From: Octopus sinensis
Taxonomy: Eukaryota
Reading direction: 5' to 3'
Assembly: GCF_006345805.1 (NCBI RefSeq)
Contig: NC_043001.1
Location: 55,180,001 to 55,244,000 of the forward strand
Length of the DNA: 64,000 nt
The translations under genes were made by a program, and so were the position numbers. Position 1 is the stretch's first letter; each line of letters starts with the position of its first letter. Below, piece after piece: positions 1 through 12,984 of the stretch. Below the pieces are notes generated by a model. That model saw nothing but the letters and a program-made list of their open reading frames with translations, did no database searches and was not told the DNA's origin.

Positions 1-2483
1 AAACAAATGAAATTAGTTTTCTGCTTGCATCAACTGCGATGTTTATTTTAAAAACTTTTTTTACATGTGCATGGAGATTTTTATCATGATGTTTGTCCCA
101 AGCTAACACTACCAAAAAACTGGATACATTCAACAAAGTGTAGAATCTCAGTTTCTGTATTTTATTATAATACACACAGGGGCCATTAATGCTGTGTTCT
201 TGAATAGACAATGAAACGTAAAATCCCAGCAGCTCATAAACTGAATAAAGATAAGTTTCTTGGCATTTATGAAACAAAACATAAGCATATCTCATTATTT
301 TTAAAAATAAAACTTAGGTTTTTCTATAGAGTATTCTTTTACTAATCTGTTTTATTCTTACTTCAGTAAGATGGAGTAACAAACCTCTAAGATTTAGTTT
401 TGAGTTACCATCACATAACACCATGATGCCTTATTTGTTAACCCTCTCAGACTTGTGTCCCTGTGTCTAACTTTACCCTCCACCTGAGCTCCTTAGCAGA
501 AAAATAAGTAGTTGCATGTACAGCTTAAGAGTAATAATTTCAGGCAAACTAATGGAAAAATCACATAAAAATTCAGGAGAATAACAATAGACCTATCTCT
601 CAACTATCAGATTTGTTCACCTGAATTGCTACTTTCCTCATCACTTTTACCATATTGATTGTCCGAATCATTCTTATTACTGGTGTAAGTGTAAACCCTT
701 CATCTTAAGAATAAATATCATCAATAATTTCCTCAACAGCAAAGAGTCTAGGCCTTGCTCATTTACACGACAAAGTGCTGGGCTCATCATGCATTCCTTT
801 CATCCCCCAATTTTTTTTTATTAAAAACAAAAGTAAACAGCAGCTATGGAGGACACCATTAACAATGAGTCATAAATGCACTTGATTACAAAGCTGAAAC
901 ATGATCAGTTTAATTTTAATATTTTATCTTCATTTTCTATGCGTGCTGTTCATTATTCCTTTAGTGAGAATCTGGCAGAGATGACATTTAAGCTATTCCT
1001 GCTACAGCAGGAACTTGGCGTGACAGGGTTAACTAATTTTTAATAATGGCACAAGCTTATGTATTTTGTGGGGAGAAGTATAGTCAGTTAAATTGATATC
1101 AATTCAAATAATAACAATTTAAATTTAAACCATTACAAATTTTAGAAATTTAAACCAAATGTGAATCAATAGCATAAATTATTTGACTAATACTTTATTT
1201 CATTGATTCAAGAAGTTAAGATTAGCAGAACTGAACTTAGAGAGTAAAGGCCCATAAGTAAATACCTTATGGTATTTTGTCCTCTACTCTGTTAACTCAG
1301 TTAATGCAAAAGTCCTTTCCTTATAATAAGTAACATGCTTTTGCAATCAGAAGTTAAGGCAGATTCTTCTATTTTGACATATATGGGCATTAGCATGGCT
1401 GTGTGGTTATGTTTGCTTCACAATTTCATAGTTTTAAGTTCAATACTATCTTAGGCAAGTGTCTGTTATAGTAACATTGAATTGACTAAAGCCTTAGGAA
1501 TGAAAATTGGATGAAAAGTGTGTGGGGTTTTGTTGTCAAGGTTTCCCTTGTTCTTTGATTACAGACTTAATCTGTTGCCCTTTATAACACAACTACCAGC
1601 CTTTGGCTGTTCACTAAGTTGCAAGCACCCAGGTTAGGTCTGTGGGTTGAGAATAACTTCATTGCTTACTCTTATCAGCTATGGAATACTTCAAAGATAT
1701 CATTAGCATTTCCTACCCTCCTCTGATATAAAAAATAATTGTTAAAAATTCACAATTTTAGCAGTTTGTTCAGAGTTCAAAAATACAATATGTCACTTTG
1801 CCTTTCATGTCTTTAAGAATAGACAAAAATATACAGCAGAGTAAAATTCCAAGAAAAATATTCCACTTCTCCAATGAAAATTGGTTGTGTCAGGTGAAAA
1901 TAATGTATAACTATTAACATTGTTGTAGTGCCAAACATTGAACTTTTAAATTAATTTGCTTCATTCTTGGCAAATAAATTGTGTTTATTTCAACTTAAAA
2001 TACCTTTTTCAATAAATGTGCCCATGATATTTTTAGGGCCTCTGAGATTGCTGGGAGGAAGAAAGGTAGTTATTCTAAGACTGGAGACCTGACATGAACG
2101 AATGAACTCTGCTAAAAGTACTCAAAGATAGTGTTAAACTGGGTGAATATAAAAACAGTAATTTCTTTCTCTTCCTTTTTTTACTAGAATATGAAGACAA
2201 TGTGAGTGAGAGGTGTCAGCTGTCATCACTAATTAATCTAGTTAAAGAAAGCTTATTACTGTTTTCTTCTCTTCTGGAACACAAATGCTCCAAATTTGGA
2301 AGAGACAGATAGGTAGCAGCAACAAGAAATAGCAAATAATTATACTGTAAATTTGGCACACCAGGGTAAGGAAATCACAGAATTAATATTACTTAACAAT
2401 TTATGCAGAATGCTATTTCCTAAATCATTATAAGAATATTAATGAAATGAGAATTATTAATATATAAAGGAAGGGCATTATAA

Positions 2484-2610
2484 AAGTTGATAGGGGACAG
2501 ATGAGACAAGACTTTACTTCAGAATATATGTAACATGAAGGGAATTTCCCTAACTACTTTTAGATAACATTTCCACTTAATTAAAATAATGTGGAAATTT
2601 TCACAAAATA
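2484..2610 (+). repeat. Dispersed ~130-bp repeat, copy 1 (copy 2 at 3747-3880)
   Basis: Both copies share gataggggacagatg...actttacttcaga...atgtaacatga...acatttccacttaat. Confidence 0.65.
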
Positions 2611-2659
2611 TCTTAAAAGTGAAGCTGAAATAAACTAACCAAACAAGAGAGACTATGTG

Positions 2660-2790
2660 ATTGTTTGACCTGCTAGAAATAGCAACCAAATCTTCCTTTA
2701 TTTACACCCTGTTACCATAGGAAAAGAAAGGGAACATTATATAATATAATTCTGATACAATATCTAAAAAGAAATGGTAAGGACAAAAAG
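2660..2790 (+). repeat. Dispersed repeat family 'gacctgctagaaatagcagccaaatct...' (further copies at about 14703, 15003, 37145-37232 minus, 48400, 52857)
   Basis: A recurring motif, gacctgctagaaatagc-a-ccaaatctccctcaaatcac...cattggataat, seen several times in both orientations. Class unknown. Confidence 0.6.
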
Positions 2791-3309
2791 GATAAAACTG
2801 TTTAAAACCATTATTATTCATAGAAAAGGTATTACCATCAATTTTTCATCCATTTTTCTATGTTTGATAAGATAAGCAGTAGATCATTTGTTTCAATCCT
2901 GTATTAACATGATGTTCGCCTTCCAGAAACATTACCCAGCATTGCTCGATATGTTGCTCACATATAGTTAGAAACCCTATGATTGTGAGAGTTCTAACCT
3001 TGAGAAGGTTGTTTTTAAGGTGAACTGGACACTATAGAAACTACTTGACATGTTCATTTCAATCTGATACCAAAGTCATTAAAAACAGATTGTATAACAC
3101 TACAGGATATAGATTGGTACAGGGAACATATTACAGTCCAGAACAGTTGATACACTGTACAGGCCAAGATGATTAAAACCTATAGAACATGTCTGTGAAA
3201 ACCTTGCAAGCAAAGACAAGACAATAGGATTTGAAAAACACTACTTGCTAAGAATGATAAAGCACTAACCATTGTTAATAGTGAAAACATTATTAGCTGA
3301 AGTTGTTAA

Positions 3310-3430
3310 GATGGTATAGGCTAAAATAGTTAAAATAGTATAGGCTAAGGATGTTAATACGCCACTGGCTAGGATAATTAATATGCTATAAACTAAGGTA
3401 GTTGAAACAATATAGGCCAGGATAGTTATA
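3310..3430. repeat. Degenerate 24-bp minisatellite, about 5 units
   Basis: Units: gatggtataggctaaaatagttaa / aatagtataggctaaggatgttaa / tacgccactggctaggataattaa / tatgctataaactaaggtagttga / aacaatataggccaggatagttat. Confidence 0.65.
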
Positions 3431-3746
3431 TTACTTAAAGAGACACTGATATCCTCCCTAGTTTCTATGACATTGTTAAATATATAAAATATTCATAACT
3501 TTAGAAGGGACATTTTCATTTAAATTTAATCTAGTTGTAGAAACATACATATACTATTGTAATATTAATTTGTTTTTTATTATATTAGTCTATATCAGTC
3601 TATTTAATTGAAGATAATTTATAATGAATTTATAAATAAAGCAATACAGGGTTAGCTAAAGAAGACATTACACTAAAGAGGTAAAAGTTCTCACATCTGG
3701 TATCTATTCTTTGAGTGGGTTGGAGAGTTAAACCACTCATATAAGA

Positions 3747-3880
3747 GGCTGATAGGGGACAGATGTGACTGACATAGAACTTTACTTCAGAGTGGAATGT
3801 AACATGATGTGAACAATGTTAACTAAAGATAAAAAACATTTTCCACTTAATCAGATCAGTGTGATTATTTCCAAAATACT
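3747..3880 (+). repeat. Dispersed ~130-bp repeat, copy 2
   Basis: Diverged direct copy of 2484-2610. Confidence 0.65.
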
Positions 3881-4499
3881 AATTAGATATCACAGAGCTA
3901 AAAGTCCTTGCAACATCTGATGTTTATTTTTTGAGCTGGTTGAAGGGTTTTGTTCTCTTCATGATAGGGAAGCTTTTTTATGTTGGTGGTAGTGGAGTGC
4001 TTACTAAATCTTCATCAAAGACACTAGAGTCTGTGGAAAAGTGTTGATCTGCATCAATAAAAATCAGTTTAGTTAGTTTAGGTGCAATGATGAAGACAGA
4101 ACCTAAACCTGTTGGACCTTTCATCAGCTATGGATTGAAAAGTGTGTCAAAAAGTTGTAAATAAGTAATAAGGTTAGTAGTCTTGTCTAGAAAGACAATT
4201 AATTGAACATCTGTAATTGATTTGAGCTTACAACATGTGAGATTGTAAGCCAATAGCTTATCCACTCATTCACTTAATCTCTACGTGAGGCTATATATAA
4301 GTAAAATGAATGCAGAAACAAAATTAGGAGTGGGATGCATTCAGTTTAGAGATTCAGCAATGATATTAATTAATCAATTAGACTGAACAGATATCTACGT
4401 GAAAGCTATTGTTAAAATTAAGAAATAAAGCTTGTGAAGTTAAGGCAAACCTTACATACTCGTATAGTGTATGTGAGTGCATAAGTATATGCGCTTAAT

Positions 4500-5521
4500 G
4501 TACATAATTAGTTCAGATTCCATATTTTTATTGAAAACAAAAAAAAAAAAAAAGAAAAGGATATCGAAAAAATGAAAAGAAAAATAAGATGAAAAGATGA
4601 CAAATCGAGAAGTAAAGTGAAGGAATGTAACAGAAGATGATAATAGTGTGGTATTCTGTGTGAAAGCATATTAATATTTATAAAGCTGTGTTGTTGCCAT
4701 GGAATTTCAAATACTTAATTCTGGGAATTGTCTTCAAAGAAGTAAGTAGTAAATAAAAGTAAAAAAAAAGACAATAGAAATAAATAAATAAATAAACTAC
4801 AAAAATAAAACAGCAATAAAACTAACAAGAGAAAACAAAATGAAAATATGTAATAACTCACTGAAAAAAAAAATGTAATAACTCATTGAAAAATGTAATA
4901 ACTCACCGATATATAAATATATGTATGTATGTATATATGTATATATGAAAAAAAAAATAAGAGAGAGAAACAGCAGTGGTGTATTGATTTTATCATAAAT
5001 TATTTCTCAGCTGAAATTCTGGAGTGAGTGAAGAAATATTTTATAACAGAACTTTGTATTTCATCCTTTTTAAGATCTTACAGTCCTCCCCAGAGTATAT
5101 CTGTTCACTTGGATTCCTAGATTTCACACACATGATGGGAGGGGGGAAAGTGTGCGAGTTAGGAGTTAAATGGCATAGTGTTGTGTTCTTTTTTTTTAAT
5201 AAATTTTTTTTTCCTTTTTGGTGTGTGTATATGTGTTTACTTGTGCTTTTTGTTGTTGTTCTTTTTAATTGTTTTTGATTTGCTTTGATTCTTGGCTATT
5301 TTTCTTTTCCAATTTTCATTTGAAAGTGTTGGCAACAATTTTCAATGTTTCATGTAGGTTATAATTAAAAGAATAATAAAAGTTAAAAAATAAAATTTGA
5401 AATAATAATACTAATGATAATATGTGAAATGTAGCTGTTGTTAGTTTCTAGTGCAGTCAAACATGCAAGGGATGAAAATGATGGAAGCAAAGGAGAAATA
5501 GTAAGCAGTGGTAAAGTAGAA

Positions 5522-5605
<84 letters not shown>

Positions 5606-6341
5606 GAGTGAGTGATACACTTCTGTTAGATCGATATCAAAAGAACTTTTGCTTGCAATTTTGAGAATACATTTGCGACTAAATATGGACATATAAGAAC
5701 AGCTCTAATGCTAAGTCTGGAACTGACAACCACTTTCAAGAATATCAGAAATTAATTGCTTTACACGGCAGACTTTATATGCTGAGCTGTGTTACTGGTG
5801 TTTATGACATCATAACTTTGAACAAATGACAAAGTCATCATACATGATGTGAACCTATCATATTTCATATGATTGATAATGATTTCCACTGGTGAGAGAG
5901 GGGTAGGGGCAGGGCAGGTTTCTTTTCTTTGGCTTTCTTTAACATTTGTCTTTTAATTTCATTCTCCTTTTTGTTTTGTTTCTTTTTAAAATAATTTTGA
6001 AGTAATTTCAATTTTAAATAATGTGGGGTGAAGGGGTGGTAGGAAAAAAGTCACATGACCAGCTGAGTTAATGCTAGCTGAAAACCTATTTCAAGTTTTA
6101 TATGTCCTTAGTTAGTTCATAATATATCCCAAATTTTACCAAATAAAATGCCTTTCAAAACAATTTGTCTTTGCTTCTTTTTATTTATTTATTTATATTT
6201 CTTTAATAAATGCAATGCCTCATTCCAAGTAGTAAGACTGTTGATGATGTGAGTGAAAAAAAGAGCAAGCATTTTTGAGGGTTTAGATGGGTATTTTATG
6301 GGTAGAAAAGAAAAGAGGGCTAATCCAGGTGTGTTATTGTT
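4500..6341 (-). other. Robo: Probable Robo 3' UTR (extent unknown)
   Basis: Lies downstream of the stop codon. U-rich on the minus strand, with several AATAAA candidates and a (TA)n(GA)n tract at about 5522-5602. The end cannot be determined from sequence alone. Confidence 0.4.
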
Positions 6342-6615
6342 TCAGGAGGTAAAAGCAGTATAAGGGAAAGATAGGTTATCAGTCTGAATGTCTGGAACAG
6401 TCACGGAAATACCTGTCACATTTCCAAAGCCATCATTTTGAACCTCAGTACTGCTATCTCCCCCATCAGTAAGGGGGGATCCAAAATCGAGATGGACATC
6501 GTCCAAATCAGACTCACCGGCATAATCTGGGATCTCAGATACCGGCGAGTCTGGATTCTGAGAAAAGCCTTCAAAGTCAATATTCAGATGTGGACCACTA
6601 GCCGTCACCTCCAGT
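6342..6615 (-). CDS. Robo: Robo terminal coding exon (RLEVTASGPHLNIDFEGFSQ...FPYTAFTS*)
   Basis: Acceptor tcttcttcttacag|. AG+A=Arg joins in frame to the previous exon. Acidic Ser/Asp-rich open frame ending in TGA at 6344-6342. Confidence 0.8.
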
Positions 6616-7078
6616 CTGTAAGAAGAAGATAAGAGACAATGGAAATTATACCTGATAACATCAGTATCTAGACTTCAGTTATCAGAATTTCAAATAAAAT
6701 GTGACAAGATGAAAAAAAAGATTAATAGAACAACACATACTGAAGCTAATAAACAAAAATAAAAGCAATACTACTATTACTACTTCTACAACTGCTACTA
6801 CTACTACTAAAATGAAATTACTAAAAACAGTATATTTACTAATACTGTTCTAGTAATTTCTACTATTAGTACTACAATACTTACCACAGTTCATATAGGA
6901 GGTTTACTTTCCTTCTGTGAAACACTTTCAAAATTGAGTCTTCATCAGTTTAGCTTACCTTTTAGTCTGTAAAATCATTCTCTTCCCACTCAGGGATTTT
7001 CATAGAACTACCTTAATCTATTCTCATCATTCACTCTGTCATTCATTTACATATCTTCTCATTTACATCTCACCTCCA

Positions 7079-7126
<48 letters not shown>

Positions 7127-7829
7127 CTTTCTCTCTCTAAATAACTTGTTCTGTAAATCAAGCAGAAAGTACTTTAGAAACCAACAAGTGGAGCAGCTTG
7201 CTCATTGGTGTGGAAGAAGAGACAGGCAAATGTAAAGTAAGAACTAATTTGACCGACTATGTAACATTTACAGAGTTTGCCATTAAGTATTTAATGAGAA
7301 AAAGATAAATGATAAAACAAAAAAAGGAGAAAAAAAAAGGTCTTTTAACAATGGTTGTTAACACAAAATGGTTCACAACCATTGTGTCTTTATCACGACT
7401 CATTGTTATTTTATTTTCTTCTTTCCCTCTTCATGCACATTATAAACTTTATTTCATAGAAAGGCTTCATGGAAAGAGTTTTATTAGCTGCATTAAGTGC
7501 TTTATAAGCTACAGAGAGAAGTACATAGGGAGGAAAAAAATTCTTATCAATGACGTCATTTTTTAGACTTTAAATAATTTTTCAGTTAGTATTTCTAAAT
7601 GATAAAATGAGATTAATGAGAATGCTAAGATGGTATCAGGTTTAAAAAAAAAAAAGAAAAATGTAGGTAATATATATAGTCTATTTCCTCTATTCATGCT
7701 TTCTAATATAGTGAAAAGTAATAATTTGAAAGGAAAAATAACATCACAATTGCCTGGAAATCAAAAACATCTGATTCAAATACAATTGATATCCCAAACA
7801 GAATAAATCAAGGTAACAAGAAAACTTAC

Positions 7830-8523
7830 CTTGCTGGATAGAGAGGTGATTGCATACGTTCATTTGCCAAACTTGGTAAAGAAGATTGGCATGCTCTGTC
7901 CATGTGGGGTCCATCAGCCAAATCCATCATATTTGAAGAGTGCATCCTGATCGGAGGTGTAGGACCACGCTCGGGATCACTGCTAATATAACGGTAATCT
8001 CCTTCGCCTTCTGAAGGTAGGCGATAACCTTTGAGAGACGGACCATAAATGCTTTGTTCACAGTCACTATGACAGCATCGTGGGGCATGACCCATGCAAT
8101 TGTGCTGCATACAATTGACTGTACGAGGAGAGTATGTTCTCATGTCACCGCAGGGAGACTGAGTTCGTAGTTGGTTAAGTGTTTTCGCAGAACATGGATG
8201 ATTCTCACGAATTTTAGCGTATTTATTTTGCTCGGAATCTGAATAAGGATTGTTTCTTCCATACAGACCTCCTTGACTGTACTGAATGGGACACGAACAT
8301 GCCGAGATTTTGGAGACGGGTGATATAGGGCCCCCGCCATTCATAGTCTGGATGTTACGATGGAGAGTGCCCATTGGTGAATCCGGCGATATCATTTCAC
8401 AAGGAGGAGGATGCTCAGGGGGAGGTGGCAGTAATTCTGCCCAGTTCACTAATGGCTGTTTTCCAATATTACCACAAGTTTTATATAGACGTCTACCTCT
8501 TTTAATTGGCATACCAGTTTCAT
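7830..8523 (-). CDS. Robo: Robo cytoplasmic-domain exon containing the CC2 proline-rich motif
   Basis: Part of the 243-aa ORF 7826-8557. Acceptor ctttctgtttcag| and donor |gtaagt flank 694 nt (phase 1 in, phase 2 out). Encodes VNWAELLPPPPEHPPP, matching the Robo CC2 (Ena/VASP-binding) motif, and DPERGPTPPIR, similar to the ERGPTPPVR segment I recall from vertebrate ROBO1. Confidence 0.9.
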
Positions 8524-8678
8524 CTGAAACAGAAAGTTTAAAAAAAAAAAAAATCATCGAATCACTATATAGGAATTCTCACGCAAGAACAAACATTCGT
8601 AAAACAAATTTTGAAATAATATAATGGTATATAAATAGGCTGAAAAACAGTGAAATAACAAAAAATTATTCAAACATA

Positions 8679-8839
8679 GATGCAGGTGTAGCTGTGTGGT
8701 AAGAAACTTGCTTCCAAACCACATAATTCTGGGTTCAGTCCCACTGTGTGGCACCTCAGGCAAGTGTTTTTTACTATAGCCTCAGGTCAACAAAGCCTTG
8801 TTGGTTGATTTGGTTTATGGAAACTGAAAGAAGCTTGTC

Positions 8840-8875
<36 letters not shown>

Positions 8876-9070
8876 TTGTTCTGCATCACCATTTGACAAC
8901 CAGTGTTGGTGTGTTTAGGTCCCTGTAGTTTCGTAGTTCAGCAAAAGAGACCAGTGAATAAGTATCAGGCTTAAAAAAAAAGTATTGGGGTTGATTCGTT
9001 TGACTGAAATTCTTCAAGGCAGTGCCCCAGCATGGCCACAGTCTAATAATTGAAACAAGTAAAAAATAAA
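8679..9070 (+). mobile_element. tRNA-derived SINE, family B (~390 bp, CORE-like central segment, internal (TA)/(TG) tract)
   Basis: The head gcagg.gt.gctgtgtggtaag...ggttcagtcccactg has A/B-box-like spacing, followed by ggcacct.gggcaagtgt and a tail ending gaaacaagtaaaa. Colinear with the copy at 37461. Confidence 0.8.
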
Positions 9071-9429
9071 AAGATAGATATAAGAAAAATATATAATGGA
9101 AATAGTGCAAAAATTATGTTTGATTATTTTCTCAGTCCTAATAATAACAAATGTAGGAAAAAAGTAGGGTAGGGTCAATAGCCAGAGCGAGTGGGGAAAA
9201 TTGATGTTTGTTATTAAAAGAATAGTATAAAATATCCTGGATGAAGTAAGATGTTATGGCATATCTAAAACATTTTTAAGTTTAGGAACTTTGGAATCAA
9301 TCACAAAATCTTTTCATCAATATCACGATAATGAAATTGACGGCCTTTGACTAATTTGTTCAAGTCCTAAAATAATGACTTAACAGAACTAAATTTGTCT
9401 TTTTTATTTTTCTTATGGGCAACCTGCAG

Positions 9430-9745
9430 CACACAGTCCCCTTCATTTAACATATGTTTTCTATGCTGGCATGGGTTGGATGGTTTGACCGGAGCTGGTC
9501 AGCTGGAGAGTTGCCCAGGCTTCATGTCTGTTTCAGCATGGTTTCTATGGCTTGATGTCCTTCCTAATGCCAACCACTTTACAGAGTGTGCTGGGTGTTT
9601 TTATGCAGCACTGTCATGTGTGCTTTTATGGAAAACTAGCAACCACATGCCTGCAAGATTAGGAATGCTCAGCTGAGGCAGAATGCAGGGGTCATCTCTG
9701 TATGCAAGTATGACCACATATTTACTTAGCTTGATGTGTCTTTAC
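9430..9745 (-). mobile_element. Short element sharing the RTE LINE 3' tail (RTE-tail SINE or truncated RTE)
   Basis: catgctggcatgggttgga...gcttgatgtccttcctaatgccaaccac matches 43925-44070. Confidence 0.7.
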
Positions 9746-10199
9746 AGTTTTTTTTTGTATGGTAATGTCAAAAGTTTTAGTAAAATTTTGCAACATAATC
9801 TTAAGGTCTAACTTTGTTAATTTGAATAATTTTTTTCTTTTTCTTCCTCATTTAGTCATGATTCTTGTCAATCAAATTGTAATTTTTTCACTGCACTATA
9901 GAGTATTTCTGGGCTACATACACTGCTTAATGATTTATTGTTTTGAGTAATGTGTTTTATGATGAGCAATATCTCATAAATCAAAGTAAATAAATAAATC
10001 AATACAGGATTGCCTACGTCTGATTTATAATCCTAATAATTAAATTTTAATTCTATTTCTTTTAGCGTTGGATTAATTAGGATTGAACTATAAATGTCTA
10101 TTTATATTTTTTTAAACAGTGTTTCATGCAGATAAAAAACAAAAAAGCTTTACTTTATTCTATGTTTCAGCCGTATCACATACTAAGTAATTTGGTTTT

Positions 10200-10408
10200 A
10201 GATTCTGGCACAAAGCCAGCAATTTTGGAAGAGGGGTAAGTTGATTATATTGACCCCAGTGTTCAACTGGTACTTACTTTATTGACCCCCAAGAGGATGA
10301 AAGGCAAAGTTGGCCTTAGTGAAATTTGAACTCAGACCATAACAATGAATGAAATGTCACTAAGCATTTTGCCTAGTGTGCTAATGATTCTGCCAGCTCG
10401 CTGCCTTA
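10200..10408 (-). mobile_element. SINE family A (~210 bp, aaggcggcgagctggcagaa head)
   Basis: Reverse complement of the family A consensus seen at 40576 and 36931 (gagttcaaatt...actttgcctttcatcc...gtaccag...ccaaaattgctggc). Confidence 0.8.
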
Positions 10409-10773
10409 CACATAAAAAGTAATTTTGGCTTAATGACTATAACTACATTCTCATATCTCATTTTTTTTCTGTAATTGTTATTTTACCCTGAGCCAGCTCT
10501 GATTGAATACTATGTTTTGAGCATGCTAACTATAACCATCCCATTTTTTGATTTTAGACAACGTTCCTCTAGAGCTACCTCATCCAGTGTACCTTTCCCT
10601 ATTAAAGAGTAAGGTGTTACTTTGAAGGAGATTTGACTGCTATTTGTATTCACCATTTTAGATGCTCTCTCTCTCTCATTGAGTCATATTTTTACCATGT
10701 TTCAGATAAACAGAAGTGAATATATAACCATAAAACAGTTCTTGACATTTAAAGTTTTAGCGTATTGACTAAC

Positions 10774-10960
10774 CTGCTGTATAACTTCCGCTGTCACTAC
10801 CAGGACTGGCTATCTCGTGATCCATAAGGATGTCTGTATTTGGTCTACTATTATCAGTGTCACTACTTCCCATGTCTGGTTTCAAGCAACTATCACTTGA
10901 TCCACTCCCACCATGATGACCATATCCTTGATTGATTGGTCGAAATGCACTCTGGGAACC
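10774..10960 (-). CDS. Robo: Robo cytoplasmic-domain exon, first of three recognised (GSQSAFRPINQGYGHHGGSGSSDSCLKPDMGSSDTDNSRPNTDILMDHEIASPGSDSGSYTA)
   Basis: Acceptor ttttattttgatctgtag| and donor |gttagt flank a 187-nt open exon (phase 0 in, phase 1 out). G+AT gives an in-frame join to the CC2 exon. Not in the ORF track; translated by hand. Confidence 0.8.
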
Positions 10961-12584
10961 CTACAGATCAAAATAAAAAGGATAAAACAGGTAATTTTCA
11001 ATCAGAGACAGAAAAAATATAAACAATTCAAAACACATTGTGAATTACAATAAATGATATTCAATGTTAGTAATTTGATAGTTTTCATTCTTTTGTAAGG
11101 GTTGAATCATAAACTCAGATTTTACTCCATCTATTGTTTATATTTTGAGTAAGGCATCTAGCTTTGCTAAGTCCAATTTGTCAGACAAAACAAAAACCAG
11201 AGGCACCATTTTTAGTTCAGTTGAATCATAAGAATAGAAAGGTCAGCCAGCTGTAAAAAAACAATTATTCAAAGAAACAAAACAAAAAAACATGGATAAA
11301 TAAATGTAAAACAATAAAATATAAACGTATTAATAAAAACTAACATAGTCTGTGATAATATTAATATCCTGTGAATAAATGTTTTACATATGATTTAAAA
11401 TAGGAGCTGGGATTTGAATGCAGATTTGAATACTGCAGGACATGCTGACACTAACAATTCACTACCTATAAATTGCTTTCTTCAGTTTAACATGGAAACA
11501 ATAGACCCACAATGAAGCTTACCCAAATTAGTCTACTAAATTCAGTTCATACATGTTTGCTTCACTTATTAGCTTTTTGCTTACTTGAACCCAATGAACT
11601 AAATATACTTGCAAGATATAAAATAATTCCGATTTGGCTTAAAAACCTTGGCCTCTTTAAGAAGGCATTAAGCTGGCTTTAAGATTTCTAAAGTAATTTA
11701 TAAGTATTAGAAATGCTTTATATGTTGTAACATTTCCAGAAAGAGGGAAAAAAGTAAACATGGTACAAGGTTAAGATTTAAAGCTTATATTCTAATACTA
11801 TTATTTAACAGTGACAATTACAATAACAATTTCTAATATAGGCATAAGTCAACGACTTTATTCTTTTATTATTATTATTTGGTGTGGAGTGGGTGCTGAC
11901 GGTTAATTTGACTTTAATGTTTGAGTGGTATTTATTTTATTCATCTCAAAAGGATGAAAGGCAGAGCTGACTTGGTAAAATTTGAAAACATTTTGAGATG
12001 TTGAGCACTCCATTATATTTACCATCCCTCCACCACTGTATAATAATAATGATGATGATGATGATGATGATGGTAGCGATGGTGATGATGACGATGATTA
12101 TTATGTAGGCACAAAGAAACAGCTAAATATATTGATCCCGGGATTTGAGTGATATTTTATTTTAACGACTCCAGAAGGATGAATTCAAATCTCAGTGGGA
12201 TTTAACTTGACATATGTTAAAACATAGACCTAAAATGGTCTCTCAATTTACATTTCAATAATATAATTTACAGCAAGGAGAAAATATGCAGGTAATGGAA
12301 AATGTGTTTATGTGAGTGTGTACATGCACAGATATATTCAGATACGTTTGTGTGTGTGTATGTGTGTGCACACACACACACATTGCCACACCCAATTTTT
12401 GTACCTAAAATGTCAGTAATAGAGTTTAACCCTTTTACTTTTTTTCACATTCAAGTATAATGCTAACCATCAAATTTAACCCTGAGGTTTATTTTAATTA
12501 AATTTCTCACATTATATACAATACCGCCTATCTATATCTCTCAATATATGTACCTATCTATATTTGCACTTTGTTGGTTATGAT

Positions 12585-12880
12585 GACAAGTGTTCCAGTT
12601 GAACTGATCAACGGAACTGCCTGCTCGTGAAATTAACATGCAAGTGGCTGAGCACTCCACATGTACACTTAATGCAGTACTCAAGGAGATTCAGCATGAT
12701 ATGGAATGTGACAAGGCTGGCTCTTTGAATTACAGGTACAACTCATTTTTGTCAGCTGAGTGGAGTGCAGCAACGTGAAATGAAGTGTTTTTGTCAGGGA
12801 CACAACATGTCACCAGGAATCGAACTCATGACCTTATGGTTGTGAGCTGAATACCCTAACCATTAAGCTATGCACCTTCA
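12585..12880 (-). mobile_element. tRNA-derived SINE, family C
   Basis: On the minus strand, the head gtgaaggtgcatagcttaatggttaggg...gagttcgattcctgg carries A- and B-box-like motifs and is followed by gttgtgtcc...acacttcatttcac. Confidence 0.65.
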
Positions 12881-12984
12881 CCTATCTATATCTAAAAGTA
12901 ATTGTGGGTATTTGAAAGCTCACAGTGGTTAGTAGTTTCATCCTGAGTAGAAAGCCTTGAGCTGGGATTTTAATGCATTTATTT

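Noticed and set aside
8286-8624. Plus-strand ORFs overlapping Robo exons (also 6438-6632) and antisense to the RTE ORF (44437-44715, 45491-45934)
   Set aside because: Antisense shadows of real coding frames.
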